DNA from: Candidatus Poseidoniaceae archaeon
GTDB taxonomy: Archaea; Thermoplasmatota; Poseidoniia; Poseidoniales; Poseidoniaceae
DNA length: 62,501 nucleotides
Assembly (NCBI GenBank): GCA_949373075.1
Contig: CASIBX010000011.1
Coordinates: 1-62,501 of the forward strand
Direction of reading: 5' to 3'
The stretch's first letter is position 1; each line of letters begins with the position of its first letter. Shown here piece by piece: positions 1 through 11,216 of the stretch. The notes beneath the pieces were generated by a model that was given only the letters and a program-made list of their open reading frames with translations, did no database searches and was not told where the DNA came from. The position numbers were made by a program, and so were the translations under genes.

Positions 1-1873
1 GACCACTGCGCAATAGTGCAGGATCTATCATTTCTGGACGATTTGTAGCAGCGACTATGATGACACCATCTAGGCTCTCGACACCATCCATACTGGCTAG
101 TAACTGATTTACAACTCGGTTTGAAACATCAGAACCGCCAGATTGTGAATTTGATGACCGCATTCCAGCAATGGACTCGAATTCATCCAAGAAAATAATC
201 GAAGGAGCAGATTGTTTTGCTTTCTTGAATATCTCACGGATTGCTTTTTCAGATTCCCCAACCCATTTCGATATTAGTTCCGGACCTTTAATCGATATGA
301 AATTTGCTTTTGCCTCATTGGCAATCGCTTTAGCAAGTAGAGTTTTCCCAGTACCTGGTGCCCCGAATAGTACAATTCCCCTAGGAGGTTTTATTCCAAA
401 GTGTTCGAATAACTCTGGCTTGGTTAATGGCCATTCTACGCTTTCTTTCAGCCTGTCCTTAATTTCGGTAAGTCCACCGACGCTTTCCCATGAAGTATCA
501 GGAATCTCGACATAGATTTCACGAAGAGCACTAGGCTCAATCTCACGGATTGCAACTCGGAAGTCATCCATATTGACTTCCATCTTTTCAAGAACTTCAG
601 GTGGAATTGTTTCTTCTTCCAAATCAATTTCAGGAAGGTACCGACGAAGTGCCTTCATTGCAGATTCTCTGACTAATGCTGCCAGATCGGCTCCTACAAA
701 CCCATATGAGTTGTCAAGAACCCAGTCTACATCGAAATCGTCTGCAATAGGCATCTGTCTAATATGGACATCTAGAATTTCACTTCTACCGTCCCTATCT
801 GGAACACCGATCTCTATTTCACGGTCAAATCGTCCAGGTCTTCGTAGAGCAGGGTCCATTGCATCTCTTCTATTGGTAGCACCGATAACAATGACATTGT
901 CTCTCCCTTGCATACCGTCCATCAATGTAAGCATCTGTGCGACAACACGACGTTCTACTTCTCCGCTAACATCTTCACGCTTAGGACAAATAGAGTCAAT
1001 TTCGTCGATAAAGACGATTGCTGGTGCATTATTTGCTGCTTCATCGAAAATCTCACGTAGTTGTTTTTCTGATTCCCCATAGTATTTTGAAATGATTTCT
1101 GGCCCGTTTATTGAAGTAAAGTGAGCGTTGGTTTCAGTAGCTACTGCTTTTGCAATCATTGTTTTGCCAGTACCTGGTGGTCCGTGCAGAAGTACTCCTT
1201 TCGGAGGGTCTATTCCGAGTCTTCTAAACAATTCAGGATGCTTTAGAGGCAACTCAATCATTTCTCGTACTTTGAGTAACTGAGTGCCAATTCCGCCTAT
1301 ATCTTCGTAAGTAATTCCTTGAGATTGTCCAACATCCTCATCGTCAATAGCTTCGTCTTTGATTACTATATCTGTATCAGAATTAACTTGAACTATTCCT
1401 TTAGGAGTTGTTTGTAGGACTGCAAATGGTAGGGCTTCAGCGAATAGAGTCATTCCTGGAATGAAAATCCGGTCACCTGCAACAACAGGACGCTTGTTTA
1501 GCCCTCTTCGAGCAAAACCTTCGATTCCAGGTCCAAATTTGACTTTCTGTTTATTGGCCATGACAGGTGATAGAACCAGCTTAGTACAGATTTTAGCATC
1601 TACTTTAGAGACAGTTACCCTATCTCCAAGACTAACACCTGCATTTTTCCGAATAATCCCATCTACTCTGATTATGTCCATCTTAGCATCTTCTGGACGG
1701 CTTCGCCAATAGATTGCTGCCGTAGAACGATTATCGCCTTTTATTTCTATTATGTCGCCTGGTTTCAGGTCTAAGCCATTCTCGCCACTTATACGAGCAC
1801 GCCCGTGCCCTACATCGCTAGGTATAGCCTTTGAAACCTTCAAGGATATGGATTCAGAATCTTCGTCAGACAT
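1..1873 (-). CDS. cdc48: CDC48/VAT-family AAA+ ATPase (3' end runs off the window)
   Basis: Not in the ORF track; translated by hand from ATG 1873 (preceded by GGAGGG): [27 protein letters not shown]...TYEDIGG...LPLKHPELF...[13 protein letters not shown]...FIDEIDS...[13 protein letters not shown], then a second module GAPGTGKT...FLDEFES...[16 protein letters not shown]. Confidence 0.96.
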   Translation of the reverse strand, partial: MSDEDSESISLKVSKAIPSDVGHGRARISGENGLDLKPGDIIEIKGDNRSTAAIYWRSRPEDAKMDIIRVDGIIRKNAGVSLGDRVTVSKVDAKICTKLVLSPVMANKQKVKFGPGIEGFARRGLNKRPVVAGDRIFIPGMTLFAEALPFAVLQTTPKGIVQVNSDTDIVIKDEAIDDEDVGQSQGITYEDIGGIGTQLLKVREMIELPLKHPELFRRLGIDPPKGVLLHGPPGTGKTMIAKAVATETNAHFTSINGPEIISKYYGESEKQLREIFDEAANNAPAIVFIDEIDSICPKREDVSGEVERRVVAQMLTLMDGMQGRDNVIVIGATNRRDAMDPALRRPGRFDREIEIGVPDRDGRSEILDVHIRQMPIADDFDVDWVLDNSYGFVGADLAALVRESAMKALRRYLPEIDLEEETIPPEVLEKMEVNMDDFRVAIREIEPSALREIYVEIPDTSWESVGGLTEIKDRLKESVEWPLTKPELFEHFGIKPPRGIVLFGAPGTGKTLLAKAIANEAKANFISIKGPELISKWVGESEKAIREIFKKAKQSAPSIIFLDEFESIAGMRSSNSQSGGSDVSNRVVNQLLASMDGVESLDGVIIVAATNRPEMIDPALLRSG

Positions 1874-1976
1874 GGTTGACCCCTCCGGATGTTACCTCTT
1901 CAGAGTAGGTATCACTTTAACTCACGCATCCATCCACAAGCGGTGGATTCATGTTCTGCATGCCAAACGGAGGGGC

Positions 1977-3605
1977 ATGACGCACGTCTTGGAGACCGGC
2001 CTAGAGTTTTTGGAAAGCAGTAATCCTGGCAACCTTCCTAAGGTTAAAGGATACAATATTATCAATGGACAACTAAAATCATCATCTGATGGATCAAGAT
2101 TTACAAGTAAGAATCCAGCGATACTTGTAGACGAATTAGGAGATTTCCCTCTATCTACTAGGGATGATGTGCATGAAGCGATTGCTGCTGCTCGTTCGGC
2201 ATTAACTGACTGGGCCGCCACTCCCGCTCCTACAAGAGGGCAAATCATTGGTAACATGGGCCGATTGTTAATGGAACATAAAGATGCAATTGTGGCATTG
2301 GAAACTCGAGAGATAGGTAAGACTCTCAAAGAGGCAGCAGGTAGTGTTCAAGAAGCAATCGACACCTGTCTTTTCTTCCAATCTGAAGGTCGCAGACTAT
2401 ATGGGCAGACTGTAAACTCTGAATTGCCAGATAAGGAATTATTCACGTACCGCAGACCACTTGGTGTCTGCGGAATTATCAATGCATGTAATTTCCCTGC
2501 TGCTGTTCCATTTTGGAAAATGATTCCTGCACTAATTTGTGGAAACACATGTGTATGGAAGAGCCCTCAAGATGCTCCTCTACTTTCTTTCGCTCTAGCA
2601 CGTATTATGCATCAAGCCGGATTGCCTGACGGAGTAGTAAACCTAGTCCACGGAAAGGGAAGTAGTGCAGGCCAGTATATCGTCGACGCAGTCGATGAAG
2701 GCCTAATCAACAAAATCTCATTTACAGGAAGTACTGAAGTTGGTAAAGCAATTGGTGAAGTATGTGGAAGGAATTTAGTTTCTTGCAGCCTAGAACTTGG
2801 CGGAAAGAACCCTCAGGTAGTAATGCCATCTGCAGACATAGACAATGCTGTGGCTGGAGCATATTGGGGAGGATTTGGAACCGCAGGACAACGCTGTACT
2901 AGCCTAGGTAACCTTATTCTTCACGAAGACATTTACGATGAATTTATGGAGAAATTAATGAACAAAGTAAAGAGTACTCGTATCGGAGATTCACTGAAAC
3001 ACGAGGATGTCCTTTACGGCCCTATGCTCTCAGAAAAGTACGCTAAGGATTTCTTGAAAGGTCTAGAAATGGTAGAGGCAGATGGAGCAACCAAACTTTG
3101 GGGTAGTGGAAGAATAACATCAGGAAATACTCCTGATAATTTCCTTGGAACTCCTGAAGATGGAGTTTACATGTGGCCTCACGTTTATGCTGATGTCACA
3201 GAAGACATGAATTGCTTCCATGAAGAAGTCTTCGGCCCTGCAATCACCGTTGTCAAAGCAAAGGATTTCGACCATGCATTACATCTTGCTAATGCATCGC
3301 CTTACGGACTTTCAAGTTCGATATACACAAATGATCGACTCGAGGCTTACCGATATAAAATCGGAATCAAAGCTGGAATGACTGGAATCAATAATTCGAC
3401 TACAGGAGCAGAGGCTCACTTGCCATTTGGTGGAGTCAAAGGTAGTGGGAACGGCACTAGGGAATCCGGAATTTGGGTTATCGAAGCGTACTCCTACTGG
3501 CATGCTGTCAACGACGAATTGTCTGGGAAATTACAACTAGCCCAGATGGATGTTGATGAAATCGAGATGGTCGAAGCCGAAGTCGACTACACCAAACTGG
3601 CCTGA
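1977..3605 (+). CDS. NAD(P)-dependent aldehyde dehydrogenase
   Basis: Motifs SFTGSTEVG, LELGGKNP, catalytic GQRCT, EEVFGP, PFGGVKGSG. Start moved to ATG 1977 (after GGAGGGG) because the longer ORF overlaps cdc48. Confidence 0.93.
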   Translation: MTHVLETGLEFLESSNPGNLPKVKGYNIINGQLKSSSDGSRFTSKNPAILVDELGDFPLSTRDDVHEAIAAARSALTDWAATPAPTRGQIIGNMGRLLMEHKDAIVALETREIGKTLKEAAGSVQEAIDTCLFFQSEGRRLYGQTVNSELPDKELFTYRRPLGVCGIINACNFPAAVPFWKMIPALICGNTCVWKSPQDAPLLSFALARIMHQAGLPDGVVNLVHGKGSSAGQYIVDAVDEGLINKISFTGSTEVGKAIGEVCGRNLVSCSLELGGKNPQVVMPSADIDNAVAGAYWGGFGTAGQRCTSLGNLILHEDIYDEFMEKLMNKVKSTRIGDSLKHEDVLYGPMLSEKYAKDFLKGLEMVEADGATKLWGSGRITSGNTPDNFLGTPEDGVYMWPHVYADVTEDMNCFHEEVFGPAITVVKAKDFDHALHLANASPYGLSSSIYTNDRLEAYRYKIGIKAGMTGINNSTTGAEAHLPFGGVKGSGNGTRESGIWVIEAYSYWHAVNDELSGKLQLAQMDVDEIEMVEAEVDYTKLA

Positions 3606-3654
3606 ACAACAGCCGAACAGGTCAAAGACCCCATCTCCAGTGGGCGTGGTTATC

Positions 3655-3672
3655 CGCCCCCTTTAGGGGGCG
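3655..3672. promoter_or_regulatory. GC-rich palindrome upstream of the sdh operon
   Basis: CGCCCCC-TTTA-GGGGGCG, just 5' of the AGGTGG RBS and ATG 3689. Confidence 0.5.
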
Positions 3673-3688
3673 TCACAGGTGGCAACTG

Positions 3689-4501
3689 ATGGGCGAAGGA
3701 ATCAAACTCCCAATGCTGAAAGGCATGGGTAGGACAGATAGAATCGACAAATGGTGGGCTCAACCAATGGTGATGGCTATTGGACTGACTGTGGCTATGA
3801 TCTGGACTTTTTGGAGGGTTATTTTCTTCTCAGAACATATCGATTACTATGTCGATGGAGCGCATGTAATCTCACCTATGTTTTCACCAAATGTCCTAGA
3901 ATGGGACATGTTTTCAGGATGGGACCATCCGTCTTGGGTGAATGCTGCAGTTTTGATTTTGTGGATTCCATTTTCGTTTAGAGGAACATGCTACTACATG
4001 CGCCGTGTTTACTATCGTACATTTTTCGCTAGCCCTACCGGATGCTGGGTTGATGAACCTGAAATCAACAAGATGATTGGTTACAAGGGCGAAAAGAGAT
4101 TATTCATAGTAAACAATCTACATCGCTACTTCTTGTACATGGTAATTCCAATCCTTCTGATTAAATGGTGGGATATTACACACACTATGGCTTTCTCTAA
4201 TGATGGATATGGAATCACAGGAGGAACAATAATTCTAACTCTCGAATCTGTTTGTCTTACAATGTATGTTACATCTTGTCACGCACTTAGACACCTGGCT
4301 GGCGGTATGCTAGACCGGTGGGCAACAGGTATTGCCAAGATTAGAGGGGCACTATTCTCCAAAGTTAGTATTATCAATCGAGACCATGGATTCTGGTTTT
4401 GGGTGTCCCTTACTCTTGTATTCGTTGGAGATGCATGGACTATTGCATGCTCCAAGGGCATAATCAATGACTTCAGTTTAATTCTAATCGGAGGTGCTTG
4501 A
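3689..4501 (+). CDS. Succinate dehydrogenase membrane anchor, mycobacterial Sdh1 (Rv0249c-like, type F) family
   Basis: About 5 TM helices; motifs [52 protein letters not shown]; first gene of an operon with sdhA and sdhB. Confidence 0.8.
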   Translation: MGEGIKLPMLKGMGRTDRIDKWWAQPMVMAIGLTVAMIWTFWRVIFFSEHIDYYVDGAHVISPMFSPNVLEWDMFSGWDHPSWVNAAVLILWIPFSFRGTCYYMRRVYYRTFFASPTGCWVDEPEINKMIGYKGEKRLFIVNNLHRYFLYMVIPILLIKWWDITHTMAFSNDGYGITGGTIILTLESVCLTMYVTSCHALRHLAGGMLDRWATGIAKIRGALFSKVSIINRDHGFWFWVSLTLVFVGDAWTIACSKGIINDFSLILIGGA

Positions 4502-4502
4502 A

Positions 4503-6356
4503 ATGGGTGAAGAATACATTTCTCACGAATATGATGTCGTAATCATTGGAGCAGGTGGTGCTGGTTTACGAGCGGCTATCGAAGCCGCAAGAAGCGGTGC
4601 AAAAACTGCCATAATCACAAAATCACTCCTCGGCAAGGCGCATACTGTAATGGCAGAAGGCGGATGTGCTGCTGCATTACAAAACGCAGATCCTAGAGAT
4701 GGTTGGAAAGTTCACTTCCATGACACCATGAAGGGAAGTAAGTGGCTTGCTAATTGGCGTATGGCTGAATATCATGCAAAGGAAGCTCCAGACCGAGTTC
4801 GTGAACTCGAACAGTGGGGCGCTGTGTTCGATAGGACAACCAAAAATGTCATCAATCAGAGAAACTTTGGTGGCCATACATTCCCTAGACTCGCTCATGT
4901 CGGTGACGCTACTGGACTCGAATTAATTCGTACGCTACAAGAAAGAGGCATACACGAAGGAATTGACATGTTCACAGAATATACAGTTCGCCATCTTCTC
5001 AAAGAAGGTGACAGAGTTACTGGCTGTGTTGCTTACACCCGTGTGGACGGAGAGTTCCATGCATTCTCTGCTAAATCGGTAGTATTAGCTACTGGCGGAA
5101 TAACGAGATGTTGGTCTGTTTGTTCAGGCTCTTGGGAATACACTGGAGACGGACATGCACTTGCTCTATGGGCTGGTGCTGAACTTCGAGATATGGAATT
5201 CGTACAATTCCATCCAACAGGAATGGTTTGGCCACCGTCTGTTCGTGGCATTTTGGTAACCGAAGGTGTTCGTGGAGAAGGAGGCCGTCTTACCAACTCA
5301 GAAGGTGAGCGGTTCATGTTTGATTATGTTCCTGAAATGTTCGCTGGCGACCATGCAGATACTATTGAAGAATCTGACCAATGGGTCGAAGAAGTTGTTT
5401 CAGGTAAAATTGCTACTGTCCGAAGGCCTCCTGAATTGCTGACTAGAGACGTTGTTTCTAAGGCTATTAACAGTGAGGTCAAAGCGGGAAGAGGAAGTCC
5501 ACACGGTGGCGCATTCCTAGATATTTCACATCGAGGAGAAGCTGCTATTTTGTCCAAACTACCATCGATGCACCACCAATTCAAGGAACTGGCTGGTGTA
5601 GATATTTCGAAAGAACCAATGGAAGTTGGACCTACTGCACACTACGTAATGGGTGGAGTAATAGTAGATGCTGAAACTCAAGAAACAACTATTCCTGGCT
5701 TGTACGCTTGTGGAGAGGTTGCTAGTGGATTGCATGGTGCGAACCGACTTGGAGGAAACTCGCTTTCTGACCTTATCGTATTCGGCAAGAGAGCCGGAGA
5801 ACATTCGGCTAAGCGCGCCACTGATTTAGCACAACCCGGAATTGATGATGGGCAAGTTCAATCAGCCATCAAGGAAATGGTGGCTCCTCTAGAACGAGGA
5901 GAGGGTGAAAACCCAGGACTAATCTACGATGCTATGCGTGACATGATGCAAGAGAAGGTCGGAATAATTCGAGTTAAGAATGAGTTAGAGGAAGCTCTAG
6001 AAGACCTCAAGGACTTCTCAAAACGTGAGAAGGCTTGCTTCCCAGGAACCAGCCGCAAATACAACTCAGGATGGCATCAAGCCCTCGACCTGAAGAATAT
6101 GGTAGACATTTCGATTGTTGCGACTTTGGCAGCCCTGACTAGAGAAGAAAGTCGTGGTGGCCACACCCGAGATGATTTCCCTGGCCATGAAGATGAATAC
6201 TGGGGCAAGACACTCAATATCTGTTGGATGGAGAAGGGTGAAGTCAAGATTCGACAGGAACCAGTTGAAGAAATGCGTGATGACCTTCAGGGTGCAATTA
6301 AGGAAGTTAAGGCTATGATTGCTGAAAGAGCAGCAAAGCAAGGAGGTGGAAAGTGA
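4503..6356 (+). CDS. sdhA: Succinate dehydrogenase/fumarate reductase flavoprotein subunit
   Basis: GAGGAG FAD motif, covalent-FAD [46 protein letters not shown]; ATG 4503 follows GGAGGTG. Confidence 0.95.
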   Translation: MGEEYISHEYDVVIIGAGGAGLRAAIEAARSGAKTAIITKSLLGKAHTVMAEGGCAAALQNADPRDGWKVHFHDTMKGSKWLANWRMAEYHAKEAPDRVRELEQWGAVFDRTTKNVINQRNFGGHTFPRLAHVGDATGLELIRTLQERGIHEGIDMFTEYTVRHLLKEGDRVTGCVAYTRVDGEFHAFSAKSVVLATGGITRCWSVCSGSWEYTGDGHALALWAGAELRDMEFVQFHPTGMVWPPSVRGILVTEGVRGEGGRLTNSEGERFMFDYVPEMFAGDHADTIEESDQWVEEVVSGKIATVRRPPELLTRDVVSKAINSEVKAGRGSPHGGAFLDISHRGEAAILSKLPSMHHQFKELAGVDISKEPMEVGPTAHYVMGGVIVDAETQETTIPGLYACGEVASGLHGANRLGGNSLSDLIVFGKRAGEHSAKRATDLAQPGIDDGQVQSAIKEMVAPLERGEGENPGLIYDAMRDMMQEKVGIIRVKNELEEALEDLKDFSKREKACFPGTSRKYNSGWHQALDLKNMVDISIVATLAALTREESRGGHTRDDFPGHEDEYWGKTLNICWMEKGEVKIRQEPVEEMRDDLQGAIKEVKAMIAERAAKQGGGK

Positions 6357-7123
6357 TGTCACTCAAAGGTAAAAACCAGAAATTCAAAGTCCTCCGTGGA
6401 GAAGGCGAAGATGCTGAACTTGAGGAATATGACCTTGAATTAGACGAAGGAATGGTTGTGCTAGATTGTATGCATCGCATTCAATACGAACAAGAGCCTG
6501 ATCTTGCAGTTCGCTGGAATTGTAAGGCTGGAAAGTGTGGCTCTTGTAGTGCCGAAATCAATGGACGACCTCGTTTAATGTGTATGACTCGTATGTCCGA
6601 TGTGGTCGCAGAAACTCCCGAAGGACAGCCGATTGAAGTTCGTCCGATGAAGGCATTCCCTCACATCAAAGACTTGGTAAGCGATGTATCTTGGAACTAT
6701 GAAGTGGCTAAAAGGATTAAACCGATTAAAGGACCAGAGGAGCCAAATTGGGAATTTAATCAACATGAGGCTCATCGTGTCCAACAATTCAGAGAATGTA
6801 TCGAGTGTTTCCTATGCGTAAACACATGTCACGTACTGAGAGACCACCAACTATTCGATGATTTCGCAGGACCTCGTAATCTTGTGAGACTTGCTCAATA
6901 TGAGATGCACCCTCTTGATGAAGAAGACCGTATTCCTGAAATAAAGAAGGAATTCGGTATTGAGTATTGTAACATTACACGCTGTTGTACAGAAGTATGC
7001 CCGGCTGGAATTCAAATTACTGATGACGCTATTATTCAATTAAAAGAAAGAGTTGTTGACCGATATTACGACCCATTGCAGAGAATCTGGAGAGTTATTA
7101 CTCGAAAGAAGGTACGAATGTGA
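6356..7123 (+). CDS. sdhB: Succinate dehydrogenase iron-sulfur subunit
   Basis: Cys clusters CKAGKCGSC...C, CIECFLCVNTC, CNITRCCTEVCP; coupled to the sdhA stop (TGATG). Confidence 0.95.
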   Translation: MSLKGKNQKFKVLRGEGEDAELEEYDLELDEGMVVLDCMHRIQYEQEPDLAVRWNCKAGKCGSCSAEINGRPRLMCMTRMSDVVAETPEGQPIEVRPMKAFPHIKDLVSDVSWNYEVAKRIKPIKGPEEPNWEFNQHEAHRVQQFRECIECFLCVNTCHVLRDHQLFDDFAGPRNLVRLAQYEMHPLDEEDRIPEIKKEFGIEYCNITRCCTEVCPAGIQITDDAIIQLKERVVDRYYDPLQRIWRVITRKKVRM

Positions 7124-7186
7124 AATTGAGTTGTGCTTTCGTATAACGACAAATCTGTTCATATAGGGATAATATGAGCACTTTCT

Positions 7187-8230
7187 ATGGGCCAAAGAAT
7201 CGAACACGTCGATTCGATTCGGGCTGTTGCAGTTCTATTGATGGTGATGGTTCATGCTGCGGCAACTTGGGGACCTAGCCCCAGTAGTCAGCCTTCGATT
7301 CTAGTGTATATTGTCTCAGGCCTTGGAGGTCTTGCAGCACCACTTTTCGTAACTGTATTTGGATGGGGGTGTTTTCACTCTTCTTCAACACCGCCTCAAC
7401 GCTATTTAAGAGCAGGTTTTCTACTTTTGAGTCAGCTTGCAATAAATGTAACCGCACCTCATTTATTCGATGTATTCACTCCAGGTGTCCTAACTTTATT
7501 CGCAGTTTTGATACTAACCCAGCCGTTATGGGTAAGTCCTTTCAAAAATTTTCATGAAAGGAAGAATATAATTCTGTGGAGTTCAATATCTACAACATTA
7601 ATTGTGGTTTACTTTGCATCTGGCCTCCAAGGTTCAAATCAATGGGATGAAAGAATCGAGGTTTCAACCTTAGCAAAGTGGTTTAGCCACCTACTTCTCA
7701 CTGGAACATACCCACTTTTCCCGTGGCTCCTTTTTGCAATATTAGGCTCTTGGATAGCCACACAGGAAAAAACTGGTCTCACGTTTCCTGTAACTAAAGG
7801 TGCAGTTACATCATTGTTGACGGGAGTACTATTCTGTATAGTTACACTACTGTATTCTGAACAGAATGATATCGACTGGGCTAAACCAAAAGGAGATGCA
7901 ATTCTCACATTCTTCCCTGCCAATGCGCCGTTTCTAATCGCAGCACTAACCGGAGTTGCAATACTGTGGATGCTTATTCAAACAGTGCATTCGGCATTAC
8001 TCAACCCATTAGGTAAAATTTCTTTGAGTGTCTACCTGCTACATTTCATTCCAATTGGCCTATTCCACTCAATTGATGAGAATAATGATTGGAGTTTTGA
8101 GGCATCGCTATTTACAGTCTTAATTTACACATTGATATGGATTCCAATTGCTATGTTGTGGTTAAGGTTAGCTCCAAAGGTAAATGCTGAATACGCATTA
8201 CGAACCCTTACTAAAAAATTGGTCAAATAA
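7187..8230 (+). CDS. Heparan-alpha-glucosaminide N-acetyltransferase-like (DUF1624) membrane acyltransferase
   Basis: Polytopic; DSIRAVAVLLMVMVH, AAPLF, YPLFPW, LGKISLSVYLLH. Confidence 0.75.
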   Translation: MGQRIEHVDSIRAVAVLLMVMVHAAATWGPSPSSQPSILVYIVSGLGGLAAPLFVTVFGWGCFHSSSTPPQRYLRAGFLLLSQLAINVTAPHLFDVFTPGVLTLFAVLILTQPLWVSPFKNFHERKNIILWSSISTTLIVVYFASGLQGSNQWDERIEVSTLAKWFSHLLLTGTYPLFPWLLFAILGSWIATQEKTGLTFPVTKGAVTSLLTGVLFCIVTLLYSEQNDIDWAKPKGDAILTFFPANAPFLIAALTGVAILWMLIQTVHSALLNPLGKISLSVYLLHFIPIGLFHSIDENNDWSFEASLFTVLIYTLIWIPIAMLWLRLAPKVNAEYALRTLTKKLVK

Positions 8231-8235
8231 TAAGT

Positions 8236-8553
8236 TTAGTTTCGTAATGCCAATATCTCTGATGGGACTTTGTAAGTATATCTCGTTTCAGAACCAGAGA
8301 CATGCACAAGATGTTCTTGATAGTCAAATTGAACAGTCAAGATCGCCCCATCAAGAGAATGTAGTGGCATCGATGCAGCGAATTTCCCTTCTTTTGAAAT
8401 TGATAAACTCGTCGTGACATTACCTGGAAATGAATTAAATTGAATATAATTATCTCTAGATTCGATTACTCCTAAATCCTTGAAGAATGAAAGAAAGGAT
8501 TCACAGATTCCGTCCCAATCTGCCATATTCACCGTTGTTAACATCGCAATCAC
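8236..8553 (-). CDS. Hypothetical protein
   Basis: 105-aa ORF filling the gap, co-oriented behind the M28 gene with AGGAGA upstream; the start may be ATG 8526. Confidence 0.65.
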   Translation of the reverse strand: MIAMLTTVNMADWDGICESFLSFFKDLGVIESRDNYIQFNSFPGNVTTSLSISKEGKFAASMPLHSLDGAILTVQFDYQEHLVHVSGSETRYTYKVPSEILALRN

Positions 8554-8574
8554 TTCAGTGATTATCTCCTATAA

Positions 8575-9918
8575 TCAAGGTTCAGAGTACCAACGGCCTT
8601 GGAAGGTCGCATCAGAATTATCTATTCTAATAAAAAGGTCGAGTGAAGCCCAAACAAGGCTATTGAAACCACTTGACATACCTGCTTGCCCTCCAGCCTT
8701 TGCTGTCATAAATTCAAGAGTGTCTGATGGGGAATGCCATTCTTGCCAGAATGAAATTTCTCCCCCTGGACTGAAGAAATTGAATGTTGGATAGTCTGCT
8801 GAAAAGAAAGAACAGTGGTCTGAAGCACATGATTCAGCGATTTGCCAATTGATTGGATTGCCTTCAGTTGGTTCATATGAAAGGTCGCCTTCTATTGTTG
8901 TACCAACCCAATCATACATCAGTTGCATATTAGCATCACTAGCTCCTGCTATACTGATTTGCCATTCATACATTGTTGGTTCAAAAATCTCTCCGCCCGG
9001 TCCAATAATAGGTTCAGATAGTGGAACTATTGGGTAATTGAGAGCAACCATGTCGAAATTCATGTAGGACTTCACAGTCACATTTTCGGGCAAATGGTCG
9101 ACATATGCTCGTGAGCCGAGTAACCCCTCTTCTTCACAAGCCCATAAAGCAGCAACTACGGTGTGGTCGAATTCCATTGAGGCAAGCGCTTGTGCCATTT
9201 CGAGTGAGACTGTTGAGCCAGATGTGTCATCATTGGCCCCTTCGTTAGTACCTCCACCCGGTGGCGTGAACATATAGGCAATATCGAAATGACCGCCTAT
9301 CACAATATATTCGTCAGGATTAGTTCTGCCCCAATTATATCCAACAACATTCAGTTGGTCAGGGTCATCATCATACCTTGTTACTTCGACGAAATCGAAG
9401 CCCATATCCCACATCTCATCAGCCATAGCCTCGGCTGCAGATTCGTAGGCTGATCCTCCTTCATGAACTGAAGCGCTTGCACACCAGCGATTGTTGTGCG
9501 AACTGGTCAACATCTCTATGGTGTCATATGCGCGCCTTCCGTCAACAAGCATGTAGTCAGGACTGTCCTCTAGCATCAGTGTAGCATTCCAAAGATTGGC
9601 TCCTGCTGTTATTGAGATATCGACAGTTTCTCTTTCGCTATCTAGTATAAGCAACTCTAGAGATTTCTTTTGGGAAGAAAATGTTGTTTCCATCGAGTCT
9701 CGAGCAACTCCAAATTCATCGATATAGAACAGTCCGTCTGAGCGATTGAAAGTCCAATCCACATTGGAATCTATCTCTATTGTCATGTATTGGCCTCTTA
9801 CAGCACTCGACACTTCACTGACAGTTAGAGTAGGGGTTGCTTTTTCCTCAACCTCTTCTCCAAAGCAACCGCTCAAAGGGGCGAGAATAATCAGCAGAGA
9901 AAGGAATATACAACGCAT
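8575..9918 (-). CDS. M28-family metallo-aminopeptidase lipoprotein
   Basis: Lipobox-like LSGC; metal and catalytic motifs GGHFD, GANDDTSG, EEEGLLGS, NFDM, SDHCSF, WHSPSD. Confidence 0.88.
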   Translation of the reverse strand: MRCIFLSLLIILAPLSGCFGEEVEEKATPTLTVSEVSSAVRGQYMTIEIDSNVDWTFNRSDGLFYIDEFGVARDSMETTFSSQKKSLELLILDSERETVDISITAGANLWNATLMLEDSPDYMLVDGRRAYDTIEMLTSSHNNRWCASASVHEGGSAYESAAEAMADEMWDMGFDFVEVTRYDDDPDQLNVVGYNWGRTNPDEYIVIGGHFDIAYMFTPPGGGTNEGANDDTSGSTVSLEMAQALASMEFDHTVVAALWACEEEGLLGSRAYVDHLPENVTVKSYMNFDMVALNYPIVPLSEPIIGPGGEIFEPTMYEWQISIAGASDANMQLMYDWVGTTIEGDLSYEPTEGNPINWQIAESCASDHCSFFSADYPTFNFFSPGGEISFWQEWHSPSDTLEFMTAKAGGQAGMSSGFNSLVWASLDLFIRIDNSDATFQGRWYSEP

Positions 9919-9922
9919 TTAA

Positions 9923-11206
9923 TCACCATTTACAAGATTCAAGATGAGTTTTCCCACTCATTAAAGGTACTAAACATTCAGGAACTTTTACTCTGCCATC
10001 CTCTAATTGATTTTGTTCCATTATGGCAACTAAGGCCCGACTGGTGGCAACCGCTGTTGAGTTAAGTGTGTGAACTGCAGCATTTCCTTCGCTAGTTCGG
10101 TAACGCATTTTCAATCTATTAGCCTGATAATCAGTACAGTTTGAACAAGATACGATTTCTTTGAAGGATTTAGCACCAGGTAGCCATGCTTCTAGGTCAT
10201 ACTTTCTAGCAGCAACAGTTCCCATATCTCCAGTGCATATATTCACAACTTCATAATGCAAATTTAGAGCGTCCCATAAATCAACACAATTTTTCAATAA
10301 ATCTTCATGATGGTCCCATGAATCATCAGGATGCGTTATGACTACTTGTTCAATCTTAGTAAATTGATGAACTCGCCAAATACCACGGTCCGATAGGCCA
10401 TGAGCTCCAACCTCTCTTCTGAAACAAGGGCTCACTCCAACCATCTTGATTGGAAGCATGCTCGGTTCGAGAACTTCATCCATGTACATAGAAGTCAGAG
10501 GATGTTCGCTGGTGGCTATCATGTAAAGTGGGTCAGGGGTGATTCCGTACATCACATTCTCAAAGTCCGAAAGATCAGTTACTCCTTCGTAAGCAGTTCG
10601 ATTCATCATTAATGGAGGCTGAACAAATGTAAAGCCACGTCCTATTAAGAAATCAACCGCATATGATTGTAATGCTAATTCTAGGCGAGCAAGGTCGCCT
10701 TTTAGGAAGAAGAACCGGCTGCCTGCTATCTTAGCGGCTCTCTCTAAGTCGACCCACTTGTTCATTTCAATTAGGTCGTTGTGATTTCTTGGCTCAAACG
10801 TGAATTCCGGCTTTACCCCGTGTAGAGAATGTTGAGTATTTCCTCCTTCATCTTCACCTACTGGAACTGCATCATGAAGTAAATTGGGAATACTCATACG
10901 AATTGTGTCTCTCTCTCCTAGTAATGAATTGGCTTTGTCATCTAAAGCGGCAATTCGGTCTCCAATGTCTTTGACTTGGGCCATGATTTTGTCCGACTCT
11001 TCTTTGTTACCACTCTTCTTAGCATCAGCGATTCCTCTAGCGGCAAGGTTGCGTTCTCTGCGACCTTCTTCCATTTCTTTGAGAGCATTCCTCCACTCTT
11101 CATCGAGTCGGATTACTTGGTTAATACTGTCATGAGGTATTCCGCGCTTATCGTGGTCAGCACGGATTTTATCCGCTTCGTTTCGAAAGAGGTCCATACT
11201 CAGCAT
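9923..11206 (-). CDS. serS: Seryl-tRNA synthetase
   Basis: N-terminal coiled coil, ATSEHP, CFRREVG, RVHQFTKIEQ, EIVSCSNCTDYQ, HTLNSTAVATSR. Confidence 0.97.
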   Translation of the reverse strand: MLSMDLFRNEADKIRADHDKRGIPHDSINQVIRLDEEWRNALKEMEEGRRERNLAARGIADAKKSGNKEESDKIMAQVKDIGDRIAALDDKANSLLGERDTIRMSIPNLLHDAVPVGEDEGGNTQHSLHGVKPEFTFEPRNHNDLIEMNKWVDLERAAKIAGSRFFFLKGDLARLELALQSYAVDFLIGRGFTFVQPPLMMNRTAYEGVTDLSDFENVMYGITPDPLYMIATSEHPLTSMYMDEVLEPSMLPIKMVGVSPCFRREVGAHGLSDRGIWRVHQFTKIEQVVITHPDDSWDHHEDLLKNCVDLWDALNLHYEVVNICTGDMGTVAARKYDLEAWLPGAKSFKEIVSCSNCTDYQANRLKMRYRTSEGNAAVHTLNSTAVATSRALVAIMEQNQLEDGRVKVPECLVPLMSGKTHLESCKW

Positions 11207-11216
11207 AACAGATCAC

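Noticed and set aside
171-1712. Plus-strand ORFs of 114, 169 and 83 aa
   Set aside because: Antisense shadows of cdc48, which the track missed because it lacks a stop inside the window. The same applies to the many short ORFs lying inside or opposite larger genes.
1752-1976. 75-aa N-terminal extension of the aldehyde dehydrogenase
   Set aside because: It overlaps the cdc48 5' end, and a good RBS precedes ATG 1977.
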